From NCBI GenBank assembly GCA_963807395.1, contig CAWEBW010000017.1:13187-77186 (forward strand): 64,000 nucleotides of DNA. Reading direction: 5' to 3'. How positions within the stretch are numbered: position 1 is the first letter of the stretch; each line of letters opens with the position of its first letter. The translations under genes and the position numbers were made by a program. This document shows positions 22,031 through 31,806 of this stretch, piece by piece. The DNA comes from an uncultured Acidimicrobiaceae bacterium. GTDB lineage: Bacteria; Actinomycetota; Acidimicrobiia; Acidimicrobiales; Palsa-688. The notes beneath the pieces were generated by a model. The model saw nothing but the letters and a program-made list of their open reading frames with translations. It did no database searches and was not told where the DNA came from.

Positions 22031-22555
22031 ATGGGCAGCGTCGAGGTTGAGTACACCAAGTGGGGCGGTGCCAGGCACTGGCATTTCGCGGTCGACGAGC
22101 TCGGGGTTGACGAGCACGGCACGTGGTTCTTTGGACGTCCGGGCATCCTCTCCCAGCGCGGCGACGAGCCTCCTATCGTCGAGGTCGGCGGGTTTGTCAT
22201 GCTCGTGCCCGATGGCCGGTCGGCTGCGGTCAACGACTGGGTGGCCTTCTGGAACCTGTCGGACGGGGCGGCCATCTACGTAGACGTCACCAATACGCCT
22301 CGTTACGATGGCCGCGTCGTATCAGCCATAGACTTGGACCTCGACGTCGTCGCCTGGCGTGACGGGCGAGTTGAGATCGTGGACGTCGACGAGTTCGACG
22401 AGCACCGCGTCGCCCTCGGCTACCCGCCAGAAGTTGTCGACAGGGCGCGCTTGACCGCCGACTGGCTGTTCGACAGGGTGCGCGACGAAGTGCCGCCATT
22501 TGACGCAACTGGGAGGACATGGCTCCAACGGGCCGCCTACGCCTGGGCAAACTGA
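22031..22555 (+). CDS. DUF402-like protein (FomD / nucleoside phosphatase-like)
   Basis: A 174-aa protein. The pattern YVDV...IDLDLDVVAWRDGRVEIVDVDEFDEH is typical of DUF402, from memory. Confidence 0.6.
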   Translation: MGSVEVEYTKWGGARHWHFAVDELGVDEHGTWFFGRPGILSQRGDEPPIVEVGGFVMLVPDGRSAAVNDWVAFWNLSDGAAIYVDVTNTPRYDGRVVSAIDLDLDVVAWRDGRVEIVDVDEFDEHRVALGYPPEVVDRARLTADWLFDRVRDEVPPFDATGRTWLQRAAYAWAN

Positions 22556-22932
22556 GGCTGCGAGCCCGCCCCTTGACTCAGACGGACCTGTCGTTAGCGA
22601 CCTCGAACGCTCGACTGTATCAACGCTCGAAACGGCGGTCATCGATTCCTTTGGGCTGCGCCCAGCACGCTGGACGCGTGAAGAACGGCGGTTTTGAGCC
22701 CTCGCGTCACACGATCGGGCGAGACCGTAGTTTCGAGTGCGGCTTATACCGGTAAAGAGGCTCTGCGCGTGGCCCGCGTGCCGGACCAAACGCGCCGTTT
22801 ACCTGAACAATTTGGCAAGCGCTCTGGAGTAACCTAGCAAGAGTTGGCCAACTTAGATGCGCCGACGGCTGTCGTGCACCTTAGGCAAGCCTTACGCCGC
22901 CACGACGTGACGGTGAGGCAAGTGGGGAGCCT

Positions 22933-23876
22933 GTGGCGGCCTCGGTTGGTTTCGACACACGGTGTTTACCGTGTGTTGAAATCGATGCCGAGGCGGATTG
23001 CCCGTCTGCGATAGTGCTCAAGATGGTGGAACGCTCGCCCGACGCTGACGGGCCACCTCGGGAGGCGCGACTTTACGCCAGCAACGCGTTGCCGTTGCTA
23101 ACCAACGGTCTTCGCGCGCCCGGTTTTTTGGGTTGTCGGACTTTCCTGGTGAGCTCGTCGGCATCTGGCTCGAGCACGTATTGAGCACCGAACCTGTTCC
23201 TTGGTCGCTGACCACGTTCGCCCGCGTCGCCGAGCACCTTGGTAATTTCACGCGCTTTACCTCGGAGCTTCTCATAAGTGCCGCTCGGACGGCGCCGGCC
23301 AGGAACTTGTGCGGCCGCCCTGACCTGTGCGAGTACAGCTTGGCCCTCCTGGACGAGTATTCGTCCCACCCATGGGAGAGCCGGGCACCCTTACTGTCCG
23401 CCCTCGCCTCGGTGCCGCTGGTGGTGTGCCACGGACATGCCCAATGCAACAACCTGTTCCCCCAATCATCTAGGGTCACGGTCGCCGTCGACTGGGCCAA
23501 CCTGGCGACCGGGCCGGTCGGTTTGGACGCCGCGGCACTGTGGCATTACGCGCTGGCGTACTTCCACCACGACGTGGACCAGGCCAATGACCTGGACCGG
23601 CGCATCTTCGATGGGTACATGCGTGGCAGTGCCATTGATAATGAGGCCGCCCTGGTACAGGCCGGCCTGGCCTATGTGGCCCAACTGGCGTTCGGGGTCG
23701 GCCTACTCGAGGTCGGGCCTGTCCTGCGCCTGGTGCGCGAGCCCGACCGACGGGAAGCCGCAGAAGCGTTCTACCGGCATTCGCTGCACGACATCCTCGA
23801 CCGACGGTCCCACCTCGCCGAGTTCTTACTCGGTCTCGGACGCGAAGCACGGGCACTGGCTGCGGAATGCGCCTAA
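22933..23876 (+). CDS. Phosphotransferase (APH-like) family protein, paralogue 3, with an apparent frameshift near 23130
   Basis: VVCHGHAQCNNLFP...VAVDWANL is a catalytic-loop-like motif. The N-terminal part is in ORF 22933..23184. Confidence 0.5.
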
Positions 23877-23966
23877 CTACGATCCTCCCTCGGTCGGAAG
23901 ACCTAGCAATTAACCGTTCTAATGTTGGCCACGTTGAGTTGAATGATCGTGTTGAGGTGGCTCCAG

Positions 23967-24467
23967 CTACTTGCGGGCAACGGCAAGGCTCATCTTCACG
24001 GCTTCCCCGTGTTGGGCAACCTTTTCAAAGCCACAGGCGTGGTATAAGTGCATCGCCACCTCATTGAACGTGCCGGTGGTGAGGTTGATAGCCGGGACGC
24101 CGAAGGTCATTGCAGCCTCAATCAGCGCCCCCATGAGCAAGCGCCCGACGCCTACGCCGCGAGCGGACCGTTCGACGCCGATGGCGAGAACGGGGACTCC
24201 AGGGTCGTCCCACGGTCCAAGCTCTTCGCCCGAGAACACCCTTAACCACGCTGCGCCGACCGGGACCCCGCTCCTTTCACCGATTACGCCGAGGTCACCC
24301 GGTCGCATCCAATCCCGCCAGAACCGCAAGTTGCGCCGCTCTTGAATGGATGCCTCGAACGCCGGCCAGTCCTCGCCGGGCCGGTTGGCTGCCTCGTAGA
24401 GCATCCGCTGGATGAACGGCAGATCGTCTGAGAGCGCCGCCCGAACGTGCAGGTCCAGGTCCGTCAC
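23967..24467 (-). CDS. GNAT family N-acetyltransferase
   Basis: A 166-aa protein with the acetyl-CoA motif RSARGVGVGRLLMGALIE. Confidence 0.8.
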   Translation of the reverse strand: MTDLDLHVRAALSDDLPFIQRMLYEAANRPGEDWPAFEASIQERRNLRFWRDWMRPGDLGVIGERSGVPVGAAWLRVFSGEELGPWDDPGVPVLAIGVERSARGVGVGRLLMGALIEAAMTFGVPAINLTTGTFNEVAMHLYHACGFEKVAQHGEAVKMSLAVARK

Positions 24468-24861
24468 AGCCTCAATTCTTTCACCTCATCAGAAGACGTT
24501 CCGAGACCTGGCACCCGATGAGCCCGGCTGACGGTTTGTGCCAGACCTAGCTTGGACATCCACGACTGCTGGGTCGGCCCCCCTTTTTTGGTGGCTGGGG
24601 ACGGTTGCTACAGATCAGCCTTATATGGGTGGACGAAAAACAGTGGAGTTTCAAGCTGAATCCGAGCATATCGACGGCTCGGGATCGCTCAGCCTCGGCG
24701 ATTTCATTCGACGAGTCGGCACATAACGAGCGACCGGATACCGCTCAACCCTTCTTGATACTACGCCAGCTATTACGTTGTGCTGGCTCCCAGGGGAGGC
24801 CTCCCCAAACGTTTAGATCGTTCCGACTTCTCCGGCCAGTCGGCGGGGTGTAAAGTCCGCA

Positions 24862-25341
24862 TTGCTGGACAAGGGGGTTGTTATGCGTTCAATTTCACGC
24901 GTGGTCCCAGTGATAATCGCCGGTACCGTTGGCGTGAGTTGGCCTGGGGATCGGGCTCCTGGCCGCCTCTCACGGCTCGGAGCCACGCCGGCTGGTACCA
25001 CCACCACCACCACCAGCATCGCCTCGTCCGCTCGGTGGGCCGCCGAGGGCGCCCAGCTCGTACGCGAAACGCACGGCAACTGGGCCTACGAGTCAGTACC
25101 CATCGACATAACCGGGAACGGCACGTACTTGTGTGACTTTGGCCCGGTCCCCGCCAGCTTCGACTACCCCTCGAACCCGGAGGACATAGCGTTTGACTGG
25201 CCTCCTGCGCACTTCAGCATGGGGCCAGTCGGTACGCCAACGCGTACCGTGACCCTGCGGGGCACACGGTATTTCCAGGTCGGTTTCACCGTGTTCCGCT
25301 TTTTGAGCCCTTACGGCGGTTATCGGGCCTGGATTTACTGA
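24862..25341 (+). CDS. Secreted hypothetical protein
   Basis: An N-terminal hydrophobic segment, a poly-Thr linker and then a globular part. The family is unknown. Confidence 0.4.
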   Translation: MLDKGVVMRSISRVVPVIIAGTVGVSWPGDRAPGRLSRLGATPAGTTTTTTSIASSARWAAEGAQLVRETHGNWAYESVPIDITGNGTYLCDFGPVPASFDYPSNPEDIAFDWPPAHFSMGPVGTPTRTVTLRGTRYFQVGFTVFRFLSPYGGYRAWIY

Positions 25342-25351
25342 GCATGCCCCG

Positions 25352-26713
25352 GTGAGCTACCTCTCCCGGACCAGCCGCCGTCGGCCAGTGGCCCGTGCCA
25401 GATGGCTACTGGTGCTCGCCCTGGTGATCGCTGCCTTGGTGGCATTTTGCGGGCACCCGGGTAAGCAAAGCGCTGAGCGCCAAGCGGCCCCGAGCCCCAG
25501 CTCGCATAGCCAAGCGCCGACCTGGACTTTTCAGTACGTCCACTTTGTCACCCCGTCCGACGGCTGGGCCATGGCAGACAATGACCAGAGCGGGTTTACC
25601 GACCTGTTGACGAGCCATGACGGGGGCCGGCGCTGGCACGACGTCACCCCGCCCGCCGTGCTGGCCAGCGACAACGCCTGGCTCTACGACTCGTCCCACA
25701 ACCGGGACTTCGAGAACACCCCTAGCGGGAGGATCGAGGAGGCGGCCACCCTGCAAGCCCTGACGCCGTTCGTCTTGAACAGCCGCGACGCCTGGCTGCC
25801 GGTGTTGCGCTCGTACGGGCAGGGCGACCAGTCTTCCGAGCTCTACGTGTTCATGACCTCGGACGCCGGCCGGACATGGGCGCTGCGCGGGCGGTTCCCG
25901 GGGGCAGAGGTGCTCGGCATTGTTTTCCTAAGCCCTTCTAACGGTTTCATCGAGACGGATGAAGGTGCGGCGTCGGACGAGGACCCGGTGCAGATCTACG
26001 CCACCTCCGATAGGGGCAAGCACTGGCGGGAGGTCTCGGCCTCGCCCCCGTTTAACGGCCCGGGCGGCAGCCCAAATGCCATCGGCGACTATTGCGACAA
26101 GAACGGCGTATCTTTTGCCAGCCCCCGCGTCGGCTTCGCCACTGCGTACTGCGACGCCGGGCCGGCGTACCTCAACCGCACGAGCGACGGGGGCCGTAAG
26201 TGGGATGGCATCTTCATCCCGCCTGATGACGGCGGTGACGGCGCGGTCACCTACCCCCCGGTGTTCTCATCACCAGAGGTCGCCAGCATGGTCGTGGAGG
26301 TAGTCCCCGTGGTCCTCGTCGCCACCACTACCGACGCCGGCCGGCACTGGGGCCTGAGGCACCTCCCCCCGTCGGCCGAGCGGCTGCTGTCGGCCGGCGA
26401 CACATGCCTACCTGGTTGCGTGGACCTCGTCTCGGCCCGGACCTGGCTGGTCGGGTCGGGCCACGAACTGTACACGACCACCGACGCCGGGCGCTCCTGG
26501 AGGGCGTCGCCGTCGTCCATGGCCCTTACCAACCAGCAGCCCGGTGGCTACCAGCAGCAGCCCGATTTCCTCAACAGCCTGCAGCTCGATTTCCTGAGCC
26601 CGAGGGTGGGCTGGGCATACTGGGGCGAATGGTGGGACGCTACGGACCACCTATGGCGTACGACCGACGGCGGGCGCCACTGGTCGACATATTCTCTTCG
26701 GCCCTCCGTTTAG
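25352..26713 (+). CDS. BNR/Asp-box repeat beta-propeller protein (Ycf48/sialidase-like fold), membrane-anchored or secreted
   Basis: There are seven S/T-x-D-x-G-x-x-W boxes: SHDGGRRW, TSDAGRTW, TSDRGKHW, TSDGGRKW, TTDAGRHW, TTDAGRSW and TTDGGRHW. The N-terminus has a TM or signal segment. Confidence 0.7.
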   Translation: MSYLSRTSRRRPVARARWLLVLALVIAALVAFCGHPGKQSAERQAAPSPSSHSQAPTWTFQYVHFVTPSDGWAMADNDQSGFTDLLTSHDGGRRWHDVTPPAVLASDNAWLYDSSHNRDFENTPSGRIEEAATLQALTPFVLNSRDAWLPVLRSYGQGDQSSELYVFMTSDAGRTWALRGRFPGAEVLGIVFLSPSNGFIETDEGAASDEDPVQIYATSDRGKHWREVSASPPFNGPGGSPNAIGDYCDKNGVSFASPRVGFATAYCDAGPAYLNRTSDGGRKWDGIFIPPDDGGDGAVTYPPVFSSPEVASMVVEVVPVVLVATTTDAGRHWGLRHLPPSAERLLSAGDTCLPGCVDLVSARTWLVGSGHELYTTTDAGRSWRASPSSMALTNQQPGGYQQQPDFLNSLQLDFLSPRVGWAYWGEWWDATDHLWRTTDGGRHWSTYSLRPSV

Positions 26714-26722
26714 CCACAGCCG

Positions 26723-27003
26723 GTGGGAGCAGTAGGGACCACGGCCGTAATGGGGCCCTTGGCGCTAGCTGGGCTGGCCGGCGCGGCGACTAGCTCAATT
26801 GGGCCGGCGGCGCTTGGTCACACGGGCCGTTCCACGTGCCGGGGCGGACAGCTCATTGCTCAGCTGGGACCCCTGCCTAGTCCCGTTGGGCCGGTATCGC
26901 GACCCTCGCGTTTACCTACACATTTACCAACACGTCCGACATCGCTTGCATGCTGACGGGTACCACGACGCTCTTCCATTTACTGCGACTCCGCAAATCG
27001 ACC
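26723..27003 (+). pseudogene. Partial DUF4232-like gene (N-terminal half; frameshift near 26905) abutting the next gene in frame
   Basis: STCRGGQLIAQLG... then AGIATLAFTYTFTNTSDIACMLTG resembles the first half of the downstream DUF4232-like protein. Confidence 0.35.
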
Positions 27004-27606
27004 ATGGCCAACAAGCGAGTGCGGGTGCTCACAGTCACTATGGCCACCATTATGTGTGTGGTTGCAGGCGCTTCGCAGGCTGCCCTTGCGGTCACCGGTG
27101 CCGGGGTGGCCGCTGTAGCCGCGGGGCTTGCCCATTGCCGTGATAGCAAGCTGGCGATTACCGCAGCCGAGCTACCAGGAGTGGCCGTGACCGGTGGCTG
27201 GGTGATCCGCTATAGGAATCTCAGTTCGTCTACCTGCACGCTCTCGGGTTATCCCACGGTTATCGGGCTCGTCAGTGGAACGGGACCCGTCCAAGCCGCG
27301 GCAGACACGACCAGCGGGGCCTTAGGAGGCTGGCAGCCAAATGCCCCCGGGGTGCAGAAGCCCCTGCCAACTGTCGTGTTGAGTGCCAGAGCGGGCATGG
27401 CCTCCTCTGTGGTGGAGTTCGTAACCGGGATAGGCAATCTTTTGTGCCCCAGCAAACGCTATCCTTTTTGGTTTCACTCTCTTTGGTTGGACGTGCCTGG
27501 CGGCACGCTACCATTTGCCTTGGCTGTGTCGATGATCGTCTGCTCCTACTTTGACGCCAACCAGATCGTCCCTGGCACCACCGGTAGCGCGCTGCAACCT
27601 CGCTAA
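27004..27606 (+). CDS. DUF4232-like secreted protein
   Basis: Signal peptide MANKRVRVLTVTMATIMCVVAGASQAALA, then HCRDSKLAI...WVIRYRNLSSSTCTLSGYPTV, which matches the Cys...N.S...C.L.GYP pattern. Confidence 0.6.
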   Translation: MANKRVRVLTVTMATIMCVVAGASQAALAVTGAGVAAVAAGLAHCRDSKLAITAAELPGVAVTGGWVIRYRNLSSSTCTLSGYPTVIGLVSGTGPVQAAADTTSGALGGWQPNAPGVQKPLPTVVLSARAGMASSVVEFVTGIGNLLCPSKRYPFWFHSLWLDVPGGTLPFALAVSMIVCSYFDANQIVPGTTGSALQPR

Positions 27607-27699
27607 TTAGCCCTTGTGACAGAAGGCGCGCCGAGCAGCCACATGGCCCGGTTAGGCATCCAGGGGCAATCGTCTGGTCATGTCAAGACCAAAGGCATC

Positions 27700-28181
27700 T
27701 TCGTAGGCAGAGCGGCCCGGCTCCATCCTCGCGCGGCTTCGCCGACGATCTCGAGCAACGGTCCCAACAGCGACCTCAACCCCGACAGCCCGACCTTCGG
27801 GGCGGAGCAAAACGCCTGCCAGAAGTACTCCCCCGTGCTGCAGCCATCGCCCCAGCAGCAGGCAGAGGCCCAAGCCAGAGCGCTCGCGTTCGCGGCCTGC
27901 ATGCGCAAAACGGCGTGCCTGACTTCCCCGACCCGCAGTTCCTCCCCAGTGGCCACGCCTTTGAGAAGATAACTGGCGACGTCAACCCCAGTTCGCCTAC
28001 GTTCCAGGCCGCGCAGCAAAAGTGCTCCAAGAGCAGCAACAACGGTGGGGGTGGTATTATCCCCCCCCCGCCCCGTGAAGCCGCTCAAGAAGTCGCCGGG
28101 CGAGTCCCGCTCGGTAATAGGCCCGATCTTGGCGGCTCTCTAGGCCACATCCGGCAGGTGGCCATTAGCCCACGCCCATAA
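27700..28181 (+). CDS. Small secreted Cys-containing protein with an apparent frameshift near 27910. Boundaries are uncertain.
   Basis: A duplicated pattern is seen: NPDSPTFGAEQNACQKY, then FAACMRK..(V)PDFPDPQF, then NPSSPTFQAAQQKCSK. Confidence 0.3.
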
Positions 28182-28615
28182 TGCCGTCTTACGTGCGGCT
28201 GGTTGAACGTTGTTCTTCTGCAAGGGAAAACTACAGATCGAGGCTATGGGTCGCCCTGAACACGATAGATAGCGGGCCATATTGCCGCTTGCCGCCCGAC
28301 TGGGGTTCAGCCGTACAGCCAAGGACGCACGCCCATGATCGTTCTTACTGCTAACGGCTGCTCCATTGTTCCTCAACCCCGGGTCCCATTGTGGCGGGCG
28401 CTGTGGCGCTCCACTGGACCATAAAAGGCCTCGAGCCCCCGTGCGCATTGGACCGGGCTCCGACGTCCTTGGGGTTTTGGTTCAGAGGGCCGTGTGACGG
28501 CCCCGCGGGTTACGCCGGGGCGTTGGCTTCAGCGGCCGGCGACAGTCACCAGCTGGCACTCGTCTGGCCGGGGCCGATGCGTCGTCGGTCATGCGGCGAT
28601 GTTCTTCTGCGGCGT

Positions 28616-29588
28616 TCATGCGGCCGCCCCGCCAGCGCCGCCGTTCCCAAAAAGAAGACCGCCAGCGCCGCCGTTCGCGCCGTTCCCGCCGGTGCCGCCG
28701 TTCCCGACAAGGCCGCCGTTCCCGCCGGTGCCGCCGGTGCCGCCGTTCCCGCCGTTCCCGACAAGGCCGCCGTTCCCGCCAGCGCCGCTGTTGCCGCCGG
28801 TGCCGCCGGTGCCGCCGTTCCCGACAAGGCCGCCGTTGCCGCCAGCGCCGCTGTTGCCGCCGGTGCCGCCGGTGCCGCCGTTGCCGACAAGGGCGGTCGT
28901 GCCCGGCGAGCTAACGGTGACCGTGGTGGCCGTGTTGGTGAGGACCCGGACGGGACGGGGGGTGACCAGCATCCCGTCGGTGTTGCCGGCCGAGTCGACG
29001 TAGAAGCCGACGAGGTCGCCCTGGTCGTTGACCCCGTTGACGGTGGTGGTGCCGACGCCGTTGGGGTCAGAGATGGTGGTAAAGCCAGCCTTCTTGGCCC
29101 AGGTAAAGCCGAAGCTCTGGGCGCTGGCGCCCGAGCCGGTGGTGTAGACCCCTACGACCTCGCCGTAGTTGTTGACGCCGAGGGCCTGGGTAGAGGCGGC
29201 CCCTGGGTAGGCGATGGTCTCGAGGCCTGCGTGGCTCGTGAGGAAGGACTCCACCGGGCCGGAGGCGGGGGTGAAGAAGCCAGTTATCTGGCCCCCCGTT
29301 GTTGATGGCGGCGTCGGTCACCGAGCTGGCGCCCGAGATGGTCGTGAAAGTGGGCTCTTTGCAGGTCCAGCTGCCATCTGAGCAGGTGTAGACCTGCACG
29401 CCTGGATGACGTGCAAGCTCACAACCAGGTGGTTACCGGCCGGCACCCTGCAGGGCGGCCGGCACGCCGGCCTGGCCCGGGGCAGCTACGAAGGGCTGGG
29501 CGCCGTGCCCGGCGGCGAACGCCGAAGCCGTGGGGGCGATGGCGCCGGCATCGGCGAGGGCAGCCGCGACTAACCATGTGCGGGACAT
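28616..29588 (-). pseudogene. Secreted HAF-type-repeat protein with a C-terminal PGRS-like Gly-rich tail. It has an in-frame TAA (29433-29435) and a frameshift near 29285.
   Basis: The signal peptide is MSRTWLVAAALADAGAIAPTASA. The repeats are [26 protein letters not shown] and [14 protein letters not shown]. The tail reads [25 protein letters not shown]...[10 protein letters not shown]. Confidence 0.55.
28619..28900. repeat. Coding tandem repeat with a 63-bp (21-codon) unit encoding [21 protein letters not shown]
   Basis: Two near-identical 63-bp units plus partial degenerate units can be read directly (gccgccgttcccgacaaggccgccgtt...). Confidence 0.8.
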
Positions 29589-29902
29589 CGTTGTCTCCTT
29601 TTGGGGGTGGTTTGAGGTGGGGCGGTTCCGAGGTGTTGGAGTGGCGTTGCGCCACGGACCATTTACACGTGGCGAGGCCGCCGGTGGTTCAACCGGCAGG
29701 GAAAAAATGGACGTGGATGAACCGGGCCCGGATGAACCGCACCGGCTCGGAGCACGTGTTTGTCCAGTACGAACGATCCCAAGAGGTTTCACGCCCACGG
29801 CCACGACAAGCAGGTCTTTCCTTGGTTGCCGCCGAAAATCGTTATGCCGATGAGACCACCTCTGTAGGGGAAAACTGGCGGTCGTACACGGAGGCAGCAC
29901 GG

Positions 29903-30060
29903 TGACCACCGATCTGGCCGCTTAGCGGCGGGCCGGTTGGGCACCGGGAACGGCTGCCGGTCCACCGCGCCGGCGAAGGCCGGACCGTCTTTGTCTCAAG
30001 CCACCTCATGAGCGAGATGGCCCTCACCGCAGACGAGGTCGTCGTCATCGGGCGGGGGGA
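29903..30060 (+). pseudogene. ABC transporter ATPase C-terminal fragment
   Basis: EGRTVFVSSHLMSEMALTADEVVVIGRG covers the H-loop region. There is no Walker A or signature upstream. Confidence 0.4.
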
Positions 30061-30431
30061 TCCTCACCCGGCGGGTTGACGCCGAACTGGAGGCGAGCTC
30101 CTTGTTCGCCCTTGCCGGGATGATGCTCCGCACCCTGCTTGACCCCGGCCAGCTGCCGACAGCACTGGCCACGCTCGATTACCAAGTCAACCGGCTCTTC
30201 GATGGGCTCGGCGACCAATAGCCCAACTGGCACCAGACAGGTCCCATCGAGGCGATGTCGCTGCCCCCTCGACAACGGACTGCTTCGAGTGGTCCAAAGT
30301 CGGCGTCTCGCCCGCGAGCACATATTGCACGCATATGTGCGGGTCACGAAAGTCGTTCTCTTGTAAGGAAAAACTACATACCGAGTCCTCTTTGTGCGAG
30401 ACGTCAACATGCTTTCGAGATTTTTTTCTGA

Positions 30432-30971
30432 GTTTCTCGTAGGCGGAGGGAGCACGTAGCTTGCCGGGAAGTCCTAGCCTTGGGTTTGGCCCGGGAGTGG
30501 CTTGGCCGAATGGCGGCTGGTGGTATCGGCAGTGGGAGGGCCATGGGTGCTGCCCTGGCGGCAGGGGCAGCCGGCGTGCGGGTGGGAACCCGCTTCGTCG
30601 CGACCACCGAGTCCGGTTCACACCCGGATTACATTCAGGCGCTGATCGGCGCCTCGGCCGCGGACACAGCCATTGCCACGGCCTTCTCCGGCATGTGGCC
30701 CGACGCCCCTCACCGCGCTCTACGATCCGCGGTAGCAGCGGTGGAGACCTACAAGGGTGACAGCGTAGGCGAGATGGACATGGGGCCCACAAGAATGACC
30801 ATCCCGAGGGGCGCCGTACCAAGTCCGACCACGAACACCACAGGCGAGATCTCAGCCATGGCGCTTTACGCCGGCGAGTCCGTCAACAAAGTGGTCCGAG
30901 TACAGTCAGCGGCGGAAGTGGTCCGAGAACTAGCAGACAGCGCCGAGTTGCTCCTCCGAGCCTGGGGTTGA
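30432..30971 (+). pseudogene. Nitronate monooxygenase (NMO) C-terminal fragment
   Basis: AAGGIGSGRAMGAALAAGAAGVRVGTRFVATTES matches the NMO FMN-binding C-terminal half. An in-frame stop at 30429 and unrelated lower-GC DNA lie upstream. Confidence 0.6.
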
Positions 30972-31142
30972 AGGCCGGCAGGACTAATGGCCGCCTGGCT
31001 TGGATCCGCTCGCTGTCCACCTCGGATTGTTGGGTTTCCGAAGGTGACTCTGCGCCGGGGTGTGACCATCAAGGATTTATAGCCCCGGACCTGCACCCAT
31101 CTAGCGCGCTCGACACTAGCTAGCTAGATAGATAGATAGCTA

Positions 31143-31193
31143 GCGCGCTCGAAGGGATTCGAACCCCCAACCTTCTGATCCATCCGTAGTCAG
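31143..31193 (-). repeat. tRNA-Arg(ACG) 3'-half fragment, copy B (att-like), with a 4-bp internal duplication
   Basis: The same 44-nt core as copy A, with gatccATCCgtag. It extends 3 nt further (gtagtcag). It is preceded by a second copy of CTAGCGCGCTCGA and a CTAG/ATAG tract. Confidence 0.7.
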
Positions 31194-31211
31194 TTCGTCA
31201 ACGCCGCACGG

Positions 31212-31238
31212 CGTCGCAGCGTGTCGCACGCGGTCGCA
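31212..31238 (+). repeat. Three GTCGCA motifs at exact 10-bp spacing (left end of segment II)
   Basis: GTCGCA occurs at 31213, 31223 and 31233. The 17-mer CGTCGCAGCGTGTCGCA recurs at 40021-40037. Confidence 0.8.
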
Positions 31239-31449
31239 TTTTGACCGGCCGATAGAGTCGTTCGCATCGACCGATGTGACGACGTCAGACAGGGTGCGAC
31301 ACAGAGAGATGGTTTTGTTGGGTTAAATGTTGGGTTTTCGGGCCCGTCGCCAGTTGTGGTGGACCGCCCTTCGGTGGTGAGGCGCCCTTGCTGAAGAGCA
31401 TGCCTACAGTCGTGTCGCCCCATGGATCCTGTGTCGCGGAGCTTGTAGC

Positions 31450-31806
31450 TCATAGCCACCAGGTCCACGAATCTCCAGTGGGCGGCGGGTTGTGGAGGAA
31501 GGCTTTTAGTGCCTTGATGAGGGTGCCCGGATAGCTGCGTCGTGCGCGATTGAAGCGTTCGGGATGGGTGAGGATGATCCCGGCGTGGGCACGACCGTCG
31601 GCCGACCAGCGAGCCGCCAGGGCCATGAAGTCGGCGACGTTCTCGGTCACGACCGCACGCTGCTCCGCTGTCGCGATCGCCAGAAGTTCCTCGTCGCTGG
31701 CACCGTGGCATCGCTCGTCACCGCTGGCGGGGACGACGTCGAAACCAGCTTTGGCCAACTCCGAAGCGATGCGAGGCGAGTGGTGCTCGTCAAGCAGAAG
31801 CTTCAT
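31450..31806 (-). CDS. PIN-like (DUF5615/Mut7-C-like) putative toxin
   Basis: A 118-aa protein starting MKLLLDEHHSPRIASELAKAGFDV...DEELLAIA...RAVVTENVADF. It overlaps the upstream gene by 4 nt. Confidence 0.6.
   Translation of the reverse strand: MKLLLDEHHSPRIASELAKAGFDVVPASGDERCHGASDEELLAIATAEQRAVVTENVADFMALAARWSADGRAHAGIILTHPERFNRARRSYPGTLIKALKAFLHNPPPTGDSWTWWL

Noticed and set aside
28391-29305. Long plus-strand ORFs (304 aa and 169 aa, Ala/Pro-rich) and a possible non-coding repeat array or CRISPR-like structure
   Set aside because: They are the antisense and frame-shifted readings of the Gly-codon tandem repeat of the minus-strand HAF/PGRS-like gene. The repeats are contiguous 63-bp coding units with no spacers.
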